From assembly GCA_012837765.1 (NCBI GenBank), contig DUQO01000035.1, positions 1 through 52,844 on the forward strand: 52,844 bases of DNA, read 5' to 3'. This DNA is from Mollicutes bacterium (GTDB taxonomy: Bacteria > Bacillota_I > Bacilli_A > RF39 > UBA660). The translations under genes were made by a program, and so were the position numbers. This document shows positions 40,082-49,905 of the stretch, piece after piece (within the stretch, counting starts at the first letter, position 1; the number at the start of each line of letters is the position of its first letter). The notes below the pieces were generated by a model. It worked only from the letters and a program-made list of their open reading frames with translations. It did not search any database and was not told where the DNA came from.

Positions 40082-40966
40082 TTAATTATCTTTAGTTATC
40101 AACATTTTATATGGTTTTGCCTTAAATATATCCTTATTATATGTTTTATATATAGCTAGTAAAACACCATCTTGATTGAATACTTTAACCATATCACTAT
40201 CAAATGACTTTTCAATTATAGCACCATTTCTAATTTTTTTTTCTTCATCTTTAGTTACACTTATTGATTCAATATTAGACAATACTTCATCTATTGTTAA
40301 TACCTTATAATTATTATTAGCTATATCTTCAATTGTATGACAATTTTCTATCAAAAAGTTTCCTTGCTTTATTCTTCTAAGTGAAGACATGCATGCTGGA
40401 TAACCTAATTTTAAACCGATATCTCTAATTAAACTTCTTATATATGTTCCCTTTGAAACATGACATTTTATTTTAAATTTTAATTTTCCATTACCACTTT
40501 TTATATCGTCTAATAGTTCAATACTATATATTTCAATTTTTCTTTTTGGTGGTTCAATTTTTATATTTGATCTTGCATATTGATACATTTTTTTACCTTT
40601 TACTTTAACTGCACTATATAATGGAACTTGTTGTTCACTAATACCAATAAAACTGTTCAAAATATCTATAACTTTTTCTTTGGAAGTATTTACATTGCAA
40701 ACTTCATTTATTATATTACCTTCAGTATCGAGAGTATCTGTTTCAATACCAAGTGTGATTTCAGCAATATATTCCTTACTATAGTTAGTTAGTAATTCGC
40801 TTATTTTAGTAGCTTTTCCTACACATAAAGCTAATACACCTGTTGCCATCGGATCTAAAGTTCCAGTGTGACCTATATTTTTAGTGTGAAGAAGCTTCCC
40901 TACTTTATCTACAACATCCCTACTGGTCATACCTGCTTGTTTATCTATCAATATAATTCCATTCAT
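40082..40966 (-). CDS. truB: tRNA pseudouridine(55) synthase
   Basis: GHTGTLDPMATGVL, SKGTYIRSL. Confidence 0.95.
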   Translation of the reverse strand: MNGIILIDKQAGMTSRDVVDKVGKLLHTKNIGHTGTLDPMATGVLALCVGKATKISELLTNYSKEYIAEITLGIETDTLDTEGNIINEVCNVNTSKEKVIDILNSFIGISEQQVPLYSAVKVKGKKMYQYARSNIKIEPPKRKIEIYSIELLDDIKSGNGKLKFKIKCHVSKGTYIRSLIRDIGLKLGYPACMSSLRRIKQGNFLIENCHTIEDIANNNYKVLTIDEVLSNIESISVTKDEEKKIRNGAIIEKSFDSDMVKVFNQDGVLLAIYKTYNKDIFKAKPYKMLITKDN

Positions 40967-41084
40967 ATAATCACCACCGTTAATATATAAAGATGTTTAG
41001 TATAAATTGCGACTTCAATATAACATTGATTTAATCTCATGTCAATAAATTAACATATGTCCAAATAAAAAAAGTGTCTGCTTT

Positions 41085-41450
41085 TTAGACACTTTTATCA
41101 ACATCTTGTTTTTTGTTTAAATCTTTTATAATCTTTTCAATATTTTGTGCATACTCTAAAGATTCGTCATAAACAAATTCAAATTCTGGCATCGTTCTTA
41201 TTTCAAACTTTCTTCTACCTAATTCGCCTTTGATAAAACCTGCTGCTCTATTTAAGTCTTTTATCATTTTATCTTTTTTATCATCAAAAAGAGTTGTCAC
41301 ATATACTATAGCATGACTTAAATCATTAGCTAGTTTGACATGAGTAACTGTTACCATTTTTAAATCTTCGTCTCTTAATTCATTTGCAATAATATCGCTT
41401 ATTTCGTTTTGAAGACTACTTGCAATTCTTTTTACTCTAATTGTATTCAT
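41085..41450 (-). CDS. rbfA: Ribosome-binding factor A
   Basis: Sequence pattern and position after infB. Confidence 0.93.
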   Translation of the reverse strand: MNTIRVKRIASSLQNEISDIIANELRDEDLKMVTVTHVKLANDLSHAIVYVTTLFDDKKDKMIKDLNRAAGFIKGELGRRKFEIRTMPEFEFVYDESLEYAQNIEKIIKDLNKKQDVDKSV

Positions 41451-41451
41451 A

Positions 41452-43557
41452 TTATTTTTTCACTTCCACTATTTCATAAGCTTCAATAATATCTTGCTCT
41501 TTTATATCATTATAATTCTCAATTGTTATACCACATTCATAACCAGCTTTTACCTCTTTGACTGAATCCTTTTCTCTTTGAATACTATTGATGTTTCCGT
41601 CATATACAACAATACCATCTCTTATAATACGAGCTTTAGCATTGTTTTTTATTAAACCACTTGTGACATAACAACCAGCAATTGTTCCTGTTTTTGAAAA
41701 CTTAAATAATTTTCTTACTTCTGCTTGACCAAGCGTTTTTTCCTCGTATTCTGGATCTAACATACCTTTCATGGCAGCTTCGATCTCTTCAACAACTTTA
41801 TATATTATGTTATAAAGTCTCATTTCGACTCCATATTCCTTAGCAACTTCAACAGTTGTGTTATTAGGTCGTACATTAAAACCAATTATGATAGCATTAG
41901 AAGCATTAGCTAGAACAATATCGCTTTCTGTTATTGTTCCTGTTCCACTTCTTACAATGTTAATCTTAACACCTTCAACCTCAATCTTCTCAAGTGAATT
42001 TCTAACTGCTTCTTCGCTTCCTTTTACATCTGCTTTTAAAATTATGTTTATTTCTTTAATGCCTTCTTGTATCTTAGAGAACAAATCATCTAATGTTAAA
42101 ACTTCATTGTCCTTGTTTGCTTTTTGTTTAGCTTTTTCTTTTCTTATTTCAGCTATTGAACGAGCCTTTTTTTCATTTTCAAAAGCCATAAATCTATCGC
42201 CTGCTAAAGGCAATTCATTTAAACCTGTTATAGATACTGGAGTAGATGGTAGGGCTTCAACTATTTCTTCATTGACATCATTTTTCAAAGTCCTTACCTT
42301 ACCAAAAGTTGTACCGGCAACGATTGGATCACCAATACGAAGAGTACCATTTTGAATAAGTAAAGTTACAATAGGACCAACTGCCTTATCAAGTTTAGCT
42401 TCAATAACAGACCCTATTGCATATCTGTTAGGATTAGCCTTTAATTCTTGCATTTCAGCAATTAAAAGAATATTTTCAAGTAACTCATCTATTCCTGTAC
42501 CTGTAGCAGCAGAAATCTTAACGAATAAAGTATCGCCACCCCATTCTTCTGGCGTAAGTCCACTAGCAGCCATATCTGTCATTACTCTTTCAGGATTTGC
42601 TGTTGGTTTATCCATTTTATTTATAGCCACAATTATAGGTACTTTTGCCGCTTTTGCATGATCAATAGCTTCTATTGTTTGAGGCATAACACCATCATCT
42701 GCAGCAACAATTATAATAACAATATCAGTAACACTTGCTCCTCTTGCACGCATTTCAGTAAATGCAGCATGCCCTGGAGTATCTATAAATGTAATCTTTT
42801 TTTCATTATAAGTAACTTGATAAGCACCTATATGTTGTGTAATCCCACCTGCTTCACCACTTGCAACACTTGCTTTTCTAATTGTATCTAAAAGAGTTGT
42901 TTTACCATGGTCTACATGTCCCATTATTGTTACTACTGGTGGACGTAATGATAAATCACTTTCATCATCAATAATTTCTAGATTTTCAAAATTAGCTTCA
43001 TCTTGTGTTTCAAGTTTTTTCAATTCCTTATTGTAATCCAAAACCAAAATTGAAGCATCATCAAACGAAATAGAATCATTAAGTCCTATCATTATACCTG
43101 AGCTTACTAACTTTTTAACAAGTTCAACTCCATCAACTGAAAGAGCTTCTGCTAAATCATTTACAGTCATGTTCTTCTTATAAATTACAATATTATCATC
43201 CTGTTCTACTTTGTTAGAAATAAGTTTTTTCTTATGTTTGTACATTTGCTTTTTACGATTTGCAATATCAGAATTTGATATTTCACTTTTCTTTTTTAAT
43301 TTTTGTTTCTTAATCGTGTCGTCAACTTTTATATTGACCTTAGAAATAATTTCCTCTATCTCCTCATCGTCAAGCAATTCTTCTTCAACTTCTTCTGTAC
43401 TCGAAAAAAAGTTGTCTAAACTTATAATCTGCTCTTCATCTAACATGTCCTCTTTATTAGATACAGGAATACCTAATTCTTCACACTTTTTGATTACTAA
43501 ATCAACATCTTTTCCAATGTCATTAGCATACTCTAAAACACTCATCATGCTTATCAC
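41452..43557 (-). CDS. infB: Translation initiation factor IF-2
   Basis: [18 protein letters not shown]. Confidence 0.97.
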   Translation of the reverse strand: MISMMSVLEYANDIGKDVDLVIKKCEELGIPVSNKEDMLDEEQIISLDNFFSSTEEVEEELLDDEEIEEIISKVNIKVDDTIKKQKLKKKSEISNSDIANRKKQMYKHKKKLISNKVEQDDNIVIYKKNMTVNDLAEALSVDGVELVKKLVSSGIMIGLNDSISFDDASILVLDYNKELKKLETQDEANFENLEIIDDESDLSLRPPVVTIMGHVDHGKTTLLDTIRKASVASGEAGGITQHIGAYQVTYNEKKITFIDTPGHAAFTEMRARGASVTDIVIIIVAADDGVMPQTIEAIDHAKAAKVPIIVAINKMDKPTANPERVMTDMAASGLTPEEWGGDTLFVKISAATGTGIDELLENILLIAEMQELKANPNRYAIGSVIEAKLDKAVGPIVTLLIQNGTLRIGDPIVAGTTFGKVRTLKNDVNEEIVEALPSTPVSITGLNELPLAGDRFMAFENEKKARSIAEIRKEKAKQKANKDNEVLTLDDLFSKIQEGIKEINIILKADVKGSEEAVRNSLEKIEVEGVKINIVRSGTGTITESDIVLANASNAIIIGFNVRPNNTTVEVAKEYGVEMRLYNIIYKVVEEIEAAMKGMLDPEYEEKTLGQAEVRKLFKFSKTGTIAGCYVTSGLIKNNAKARIIRDGIVVYDGNINSIQREKDSVKEVKAGYECGITIENYNDIKEQDIIEAYEIVEVKK

Positions 43558-43570
43558 CTCTTTCGTTATT

Positions 43571-43834
43571 TTACTTACTTATAACATTTTCTATTTCATC
43601 ATATATTTCTTCTGGTATTGTAACTTCTAAATGATTATCCAATTGTTTGCTTTTTCTTGCTTTTTTTATAACTTCTAAATCCTTTTTAATATATGCTCCT
43701 CTTCCATTAGCTTTACCAGTAAGATCAACAAAAATGTCGCCTTGGTTATTTTTTACTATTCTTAAGAGTTCTTTCTTAGGATGTTTTTCTTTAGTTACAA
43801 CACATGTTCTAAGCGGTATTTTTTTCGCTTTCAA
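43571..43834 (-). CDS. ylxR: YlxR/RnpM RNA-binding protein
   Basis: KIPLRTCVV, GKANGRGAY. Confidence 0.9.
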   Translation of the reverse strand: MKAKKIPLRTCVVTKEKHPKKELLRIVKNNQGDIFVDLTGKANGRGAYIKKDLEVIKKARKSKQLDNHLEVTIPEEIYDEIENVISK

Positions 43835-43836
43835 GC

Positions 43837-44985
43837 TTACTCATCCCCTTTAACTTTTATACTAACACCAGCACTTTCCATTTCCTCTGGTGTCTTAATA
43901 TTTATATTATAGTGAGTTAACTTTGTAGCTAGGCGAACGTTTTGTCCTTTACGGCCTATTGCTAAAGATAAATTTTCTCCTTCTGCAACAACAATTGCTT
44001 CTTTATGCTTTTCATCTGTTATATATACTGAAATATCACGAGCTGGACTTAAAGCATTTTTAATGAAAGTAGCTGGATCTTTATCATACTCAATCAAATC
44101 TATTTTTTCACCATTTAATTCTTTTAAAATACGTTCTATTCTTTCACCACGTTCACCTATACATGAACCAACTGCGTCTATCTTTTTATTCTCAGAATAA
44201 ACAGCAACTTTACTTCTGTTACCTGCTTCTCTTGCTATACCATATAGTACAACATGACCATCATGTAACTCGGGAATTTCAAGTTCTAACAAACGTTTTA
44301 CAAATCCATAATGTGTTCTTGATAAAAGAACTTTTGGACCTTTAGTAGTATTTTCAACTTTTGATATATAAACTTTTAAAGAATTACCCATAACAATTGT
44401 TTCACCAGGAATAATTTCTTTCTTTGGTAATATACCATGAGTACGACCTAAATCAATATAATAATTTAACGCATCTTCTCTTGAAGCTATACCAACAACA
44501 AGTTCATCTTGCTTGCCTTCAAATTCTTCCATAATGCTAGCACGTTCTGCTTCTCTAATTTTTTGCATAATAACTTGTTTAGCTGTAGCTGCAGCTACAC
44601 GGCCAAAATCCTTTGGTGTAACTTCTTCCTCAATAGTTTCACCCACTTTGATATTAGGCACTTTTTTTCTAGCTTCTTCTAATGTTATTTTAACAATACT
44701 CTTAGGGTCTACTTTTTCTACTTCTTCACCATCTTTAACATCTTCTGTAAGTTCTTCTGTAACAATTTCCTCGTCTTCTAAATTCTCTACTACAGTAAGA
44801 ACTGAAAAAACTTTTATTTCTCCAGTTGTACGATTCAAATCAACTCTTACATTAGTAAGTGCATTAAAATTCTTTTTGTATGCTGTTGCTAATGCTAATT
44901 CCATGGCTTCAAAAACAGTTTCACGAGAAATATTTTTTTCTGCCACAATATGATCAACAGCTTTAATAAATTCTGCTGAATCCAT
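43837..44985 (-). CDS. nusA: Transcription factor NusA
   Basis: FGRVAAATAKQVI, S1 and KH domains, LAIGRKGQNVRLA. Confidence 0.97.
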   Translation of the reverse strand: MDSAEFIKAVDHIVAEKNISRETVFEAMELALATAYKKNFNALTNVRVDLNRTTGEIKVFSVLTVVENLEDEEIVTEELTEDVKDGEEVEKVDPKSIVKITLEEARKKVPNIKVGETIEEEVTPKDFGRVAAATAKQVIMQKIREAERASIMEEFEGKQDELVVGIASREDALNYYIDLGRTHGILPKKEIIPGETIVMGNSLKVYISKVENTTKGPKVLLSRTHYGFVKRLLELEIPELHDGHVVLYGIAREAGNRSKVAVYSENKKIDAVGSCIGERGERIERILKELNGEKIDLIEYDKDPATFIKNALSPARDISVYITDEKHKEAIVVAEGENLSLAIGRKGQNVRLATKLTHYNINIKTPEEMESAGVSIKVKGDE

Positions 44986-45242
44986 TAGTTATCTCCTCCT
45001 CTTTCCTTTGAACATACATCTAAAATATAAGAATCTTTTATAATATCCTCTTTATCAATAATAGGATCTATTATCTTAGTAGCAGCTACACAATCATCGA
45101 CACCTACATATGGTTCTTTGTCAATTGTGACCCTCAAAAAATTAATACCATTTTCTTTTACATAAACAACATCGTCAACGATAATATTTATCTTAGATAA
45201 TGGTTCTTCAATTAGCTTTTTAATAATACCTTCCTTTTTCAT
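44985..45242 (-). CDS. rimP: Ribosome maturation factor RimP, N-terminal domain only
   Basis: LRVTIDK...VDDC...IDPIID...YILDVCS; first gene of the nusA operon. Confidence 0.8.
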   Translation of the reverse strand: MKKEGIIKKLIEEPLSKINIIVDDVVYVKENGINFLRVTIDKEPYVGVDDCVAATKIIDPIIDKEDIIKDSYILDVCSKERGGDN

Positions 45243-45256
45243 AAATGTCTCCTTAA

Positions 45257-45284
45257 TTTTAAAGAGTGAGATAACCTCACTCTT
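45257..45284 (-). promoter_or_regulatory. rimP-nusA leader hairpin/attenuator
   Basis: AAGAGTGAG-GTTAT-CTCACTCTT between a TG-n-TATAAT promoter and the rimP RBS; matches the conserved Firmicute leader. Confidence 0.65.
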
Positions 45285-45370
45285 GTTGTCTAATACATTA
45301 TACCATATATTTTACAGTTTTGTATATTTTTAAACAACTTATAATAAATTTTGTTATAATATAAATATAA

Positions 45371-46042
45371 ATGGAGGAAAATATGAAAAACATAAAAAAA
45401 ACAATATTTGTTATAATCTATTATTTTTTATATAACACTTTAATATATGCACCTTTTGCTTTATTAAATTTTGAATTTGAAGACATTCCAATTATTTATA
45501 ACATAATCATGCAAGTTGTTTTTATTTTGTCTCTTATTTATATATATAAAAATGATTTGAAATCACATTTAGATGATTTTAAGAAAAATGCATATGATCA
45601 TTTAAAAATCGGTTTTAATTGCTGGCTTGTAGGTTCATTTGCGATGATAGTTTCAAATATTATTATAAATGCCTTTTCACCTTTAAAATTGCCAGAAAAC
45701 GAACAAGTTGTAAGACAATTATTAGACACCAATACTATTTATATGATTTTTTCAGCAGTAATAGTTGCACCAATTATTGAAGAAACATTATTTCGTAAAG
45801 TCATTTTCGATTTAACCAAAAATAAAAATTGGTTTGTTATTATAAGCGGAGTTTTATTTGGTGCTTCTCATATCATTGGTAGTGCAGAATCTTTCTATAG
45901 TTGGTTGTACATTATTCCTTATACATCATTAGGGATAGCATTTGCATACATTTTGAAAAAAACTAATAATCCCCTTCCATCTATTATTATGCATTCCATT
46001 CACAACTTAATAACAATTTTACAAATATTGCTAATACTGTAG
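45371..46042 (+). CDS. CPBP (Abi/CAAX) intramembrane metalloprotease
   Basis: APIIEETLFR, FGASH, HSIHN. Confidence 0.9.
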   Translation: MEENMKNIKKTIFVIIYYFLYNTLIYAPFALLNFEFEDIPIIYNIIMQVVFILSLIYIYKNDLKSHLDDFKKNAYDHLKIGFNCWLVGSFAMIVSNIIINAFSPLKLPENEQVVRQLLDTNTIYMIFSAVIVAPIIEETLFRKVIFDLTKNKNWFVIISGVLFGASHIIGSAESFYSWLYIIPYTSLGIAFAYILKKTNNPLPSIIMHSIHNLITILQILLIL

Positions 46043-46051
46043 GAGGTTATA

Positions 46052-46915
46052 ATGAAAAAAAAGCGTCGTTTAAAAACAAAATGTAAAGTATTCTTATTAT
46101 CTATATTAGGTATTACTGCCACACTGTTATGGTCAAGATATATAAGCACTTCAGGATTAATTATAAGAGAATATAAAGTTATAAATGATAAATTACCAGC
46201 ATCATTTAACGGTTTAAAAGTAGTTCACTTTACTGATACACATTATGGAAGAACAATAAATAATAAGGAGTTCAAACATCTTGTTGATGAAATCAATGCT
46301 TTAAAACCTGATTTAATTTTTTTTACAGGTGACTTAATCGACAGAAACACTGTTATCAGTGAAAAAATTAAAAATGAATTAATAAAGCATTTAAGCAAAC
46401 TAAAAGCAAGTATGGGAAAATACGCTGTAAATGGAAATCACGATTTAGAATTTGATGAATATAATGAGATTTTAAATAAAAGTGACTTTATCAACTTATC
46501 AAATACATATGATGTTGTTTATAGCAAAAAGTATGAACCAATATATATTGCGGGTTTAGAATCTGAAATAAAAGGTAATGCTGATATAAAAGCTGTAACA
46601 GAGCCATTAAAAACAAAAGAAGGCAAAAACAATGCTAAATATAGAATACTTCTTCTTCATACCCCTGATACCCTTAAAAAAATAAATAACAATACCTTTA
46701 ATTTAGTACTAGCAGGTCACTCTCATAATGGTCAAGTAAGACTTCCTTTTATTGGATCTATCATCACACCTAATGGTGCAAAAAAATATTATAACGAATA
46801 TTATAAAATAGATAAAACTGATTTATACATATCTGGTGGCGTTGGAACCTCAACTATTAATTTTAGGTTTTTTAACAAACCTTCATTTAACTTCTATCGC
46901 ATCGTTAATAAATAG
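46052..46915 (+). CDS. Metallophosphoesterase (YkuE-like)
   Basis: DTH, GDLID, GNHD, H-P-D, GHSHNGQ. Confidence 0.9.
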   Translation: MKKKRRLKTKCKVFLLSILGITATLLWSRYISTSGLIIREYKVINDKLPASFNGLKVVHFTDTHYGRTINNKEFKHLVDEINALKPDLIFFTGDLIDRNTVISEKIKNELIKHLSKLKASMGKYAVNGNHDLEFDEYNEILNKSDFINLSNTYDVVYSKKYEPIYIAGLESEIKGNADIKAVTEPLKTKEGKNNAKYRILLLHTPDTLKKINNNTFNLVLAGHSHNGQVRLPFIGSIITPNGAKKYYNEYYKIDKTDLYISGGVGTSTINFRFFNKPSFNFYRIVNK

Positions 46916-46929
46916 GTATTACAACAATC

Positions 46930-46956
46930 ACTTTTATGCACCTTTTTCATACAATA
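46930..46956 (+). promoter_or_regulatory. SigK-like promoter
   Basis: AC-16 nt-CATAcaaTA. Confidence 0.55.
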
Positions 46957-46977
46957 AAATGAAAGGGGAGATACACG

Positions 46978-47151
46978 ATGTACGGAAGAGGACGTCCTTT
47001 TTTTAGACCTAGTAGAAGATTTGGATTTGGATTTGGGCGCCAAAACTTTTTTGTTCCATTCACACTTGGTGCTTTGACAGGAGCTGCCCTAACACCACCA
47101 TTTAGACCTTTTTACCCATATGCTTATTATCCATATCCTTATTTCTATTAA
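46978..47151 (+). CDS. Small Gly/Phe/Pro/Tyr-rich spore-coat-like protein (57 aa, not in ORF track)
   Basis: AAGGGGAG RBS; MYGRGRPFFRPSRRFGFGFGRQNFFVPFTLGALTGAALTPPFRPFYPYAYYPYPYFY. Confidence 0.75.
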   Translation: MYGRGRPFFRPSRRFGFGFGRQNFFVPFTLGALTGAALTPPFRPFYPYAYYPYPYFY

Positions 47152-47165
47152 AATAAAAATCCTTA

Positions 47166-48404
47166 TTACAAGGATTTTTTTAATGGCAAAGTAACAATTG
47201 CTTTAGTTCCTGCTTTTGGCTTTGATTTATATTCTAACAGGCCTTTGTGTTCTTCAATTATTTCATTTGAAAGTTTGATTCCTAAACCAGTTCCATTTTT
47301 CTTAGTAGTAAAAAAAGGTTCCCCCATTTTATCTTTAACTTCTTTATTCATGCCTACTCCATTATCTTCAATGATAATTGTTATATTACCACGAGTTAAT
47401 TTTGCGTTCACCTTAATTAAGCCTTTTTTATTAAGAGGTATAGCTTCCATAGCATTTTTGATAACATTTATAAACACTTGCTTTAATCTATCATAATCAC
47501 CATAAATATAAACCTCATCATCACTTAAATTATGTTCAAACTCTATTTTTTTCTCACTAGCTAGTACACTAGCAATTTCAACAACATCATTTAATAATAC
47601 CATTATATCCATCTTTCTTTTATCAACTGTAAGTTTTGTGAGATTTGTAAAGTCAGTCATAATCGTTAAGGTTCTTTCTATTTCCTGCCTTATAATGGGA
47701 ATATACCGTTTAAGATGATCCTCATTTTTTGGATCAAACATTTCTAAATAACCTTTACAGACCGCAATAGGGTTTTTTATCTCGTGTGTAATTTTAAATA
47801 AAGAATTTCTTACTTGCTTTTCTCTTTCTAATTCTTTTATAGTCAAATGCAAACTCATTATTTGTTCGCTTTTGGTCATTAAATAATGTATTAAATGAGT
47901 CATAAGGTAAAAAGCAAAAGGTAAAATCATTATTTTTTTGACAAAATTTAAATTGTTGATTTCAAAAAGATTCAAACCTAATGTGGTAAAAATAACTTTT
48001 ATAACTACAAACACACTTGTTGTATTAAAGTCGTTTACTGATTTTTTTTTTAGGATTGGAAACAATACAAAATATATGGATAATTCTAATATTATTAAAA
48101 TAATATTTATATCAAATTTATAAAAATAATACAGACCAATCAGTAAGGAGAAAATAATAGATAATATTTTCTTTTCCTTTAAGTATGCGATTAATAGTGG
48201 AATTGTTATAAACATAACTTTAACACTAATATATTCTGTTTCAACTTTTAATATTAAGTACAATGATGAGTAAAGAGCTACATCAAAAAGAACATTACTT
48301 GTCTTTCTACCAAGATTCTGCTCGTTAATAACAAAAATAAAATAACAAAATAACGGAAACAAAATAAATATACAACTTAAAGATAAGGTTTCTAAAATAT
48401 TCAT
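47166..48404 (-). CDS. Orphan membrane sensor histidine kinase (sporulation-kinase-like)
   Basis: THEIKNP, NVIKNAMEA, DNGVG, PFFTTK, GTGLG; no adjacent response regulator. Confidence 0.88.
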   Translation of the reverse strand: MNILETLSLSCIFILFPLFCYFIFVINEQNLGRKTSNVLFDVALYSSLYLILKVETEYISVKVMFITIPLLIAYLKEKKILSIIFSLLIGLYYFYKFDINIILIILELSIYFVLFPILKKKSVNDFNTTSVFVVIKVIFTTLGLNLFEINNLNFVKKIMILPFAFYLMTHLIHYLMTKSEQIMSLHLTIKELEREKQVRNSLFKITHEIKNPIAVCKGYLEMFDPKNEDHLKRYIPIIRQEIERTLTIMTDFTNLTKLTVDKRKMDIMVLLNDVVEIASVLASEKKIEFEHNLSDDEVYIYGDYDRLKQVFINVIKNAMEAIPLNKKGLIKVNAKLTRGNITIIIEDNGVGMNKEVKDKMGEPFFTTKKNGTGLGIKLSNEIIEEHKGLLEYKSKPKAGTKAIVTLPLKKSL

Positions 48405-48539
48405 TTAATCACATCCTCATGTCACCATTATAAAAACATACATCGTAGAATAATGTCGAAAAATAAATAAATTAAAAGAATATTGAAAATTTATATAAAT
48501 AATTAACTATTTATGTCAAAATAAAAAGTAGTTTTGGTA

Positions 48540-48866
48540 CTACTTTTTCAAATCATCAATATATTTTTTTAATCTTTGACCATCAGGCCCCAAAATAATT
48601 TTGAGCTGATTATCTATTTCTACAATTCCCTTGGCTCCAAGTTTCTGAATTGCATCCTTATTAGCTAGCGTAACATCTTTAAGTGTTACTTTAAATCGTG
48701 ACATATTGACTTCTATGTTAATAATATTGTCCTTGCCACCTAAAAACTCAACTAATTTATTAGCTTCAATATAAAAATCTTTCTTGCTTGCTTTTAAGAC
48801 AACTAATGCAATTAAAAAGAGAACAATAGCAATAATTAAATATTGTATATATTGCATTTTCATCAC
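48540..48866 (-). CDS. PTS EIIB-like domain protein with N-terminal TM, lacking the catalytic Cys
   Basis: LGGKDNIINIEVNMSRFKVTLKD...LGAKGIV...IILG. Confidence 0.7.
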   Translation of the reverse strand: MMKMQYIQYLIIAIVLFLIALVVLKASKKDFYIEANKLVEFLGGKDNIINIEVNMSRFKVTLKDVTLANKDAIQKLGAKGIVEIDNQLKIILGPDGQRLKKYIDDLKK

Positions 48867-48988
48867 CTACTTGTATTATACTATAAAACTCTTTAAAATA
48901 AAACAAGAAAAATTTAGGTGTTAATTACACACTCTTTTATTTTACGAGAATATGTTATATTGAAAATAAGTAAAGGGGTGGATTTTAT

Positions 48989-49447
48989 ATGTGTAAAGAA
49001 AACACAGATTGCAAATGCATAAGTGATATTTTAAAAGTAATAAACATCCTTCAAAAGAAAGCTGAACGTTTTGACGATTGCGACAACAGGTGTGATAGAC
49101 CAAAACTTGAATGCGACAAAAAATGTGAATGTAATACACGTCCTATACAATTGATCTTATGCGGCCAAAATGGTGATAATCCTTTAGTTATGCCTACTAC
49201 AACAGGTACAACTCCAATAGGTGATGCATCATGTCCAACACCAGCATTCTCAAGCGTATTTAGAGTAGAAAAAATTGATGATTGTTGCGCAACTTTCAGA
49301 GTACTAGTTCCTGAAAAAGAGCATCACAAGGTAACAGACTTCGGTTGCCACAAAGAATATAAAGCTACTAATTCGTTCTTCACTGTAGATTTAAAATGTG
49401 TTTGTGTAATTAGATGCCTTGAAGATACTTTCGTTGATTGCGTATAG
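48989..49447 (+). CDS. CotY/CotZ-family Cys-rich spore coat/crust protein
   Basis: CISDILKVINILQ, NTRP, SVFRVEKIDDCCATFRVL, TVDLKCVCVIRCL. Confidence 0.85.
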   Translation: MCKENTDCKCISDILKVINILQKKAERFDDCDNRCDRPKLECDKKCECNTRPIQLILCGQNGDNPLVMPTTTGTTPIGDASCPTPAFSSVFRVEKIDDCCATFRVLVPEKEHHKVTDFGCHKEYKATNSFFTVDLKCVCVIRCLEDTFVDCV

Positions 49448-49482
49448 GCAAAAAGGTCACTTAAATATAGTGACCTTTTTCT

Positions 49483-49803
49483 TTAGAAATTTATGTCTTT
49501 TATTTCTTTAATGTCTATAGTTTCTTCATCCATTGTAATCAGTTTGTCCTTTGTTTGCCCGATTATTTCTTTGCTAACTATTGTGTTATCATGTAACGTA
49601 ATAGTTGCTTTCATTTTGTAAACATAATTTGGTGAATTGAACAATTCTTTTATTTTAGTTGTTACATCCTTTTTTTCTGTTTGTTTTAAAACCGGTTCAT
49701 TTACTAGTGTTTTATTAGTATTAAAAGAATAATATACTTTGGAATTAGCATTTAATTTCTTATCGATTTTATTAACATAAATACTAGGTAATTTTTTATT
49801 CAT
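49483..49803 (-). CDS. Hypothetical protein
   Basis: ORF with RBS; bidirectional terminator at 49450-49480. Confidence 0.7.
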   Translation of the reverse strand: MNKKLPSIYVNKIDKKLNANSKVYYSFNTNKTLVNEPVLKQTEKKDVTTKIKELFNSPNYVYKMKATITLHDNTIVSKEIIGQTKDKLITMDEETIDIKEIKDINF

Positions 49804-49905
49804 ATATCAACACCCTTATCTATCATTAGTTTATGCATAATTATTTCAAAAGTTGCAACATGAAACGACCAAGTAGGTGTATAATAAGTATATGGTGGTG
49901 GTAAG

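Noticed and set aside
41858-44953. Long antisense ORFs inside infB/nusA (also in pnp, asnB, SDR and others)
   Set aside because: These are shadow frames of conserved genes, with Ser/Phe/Ile-rich composition and no evident RBS.
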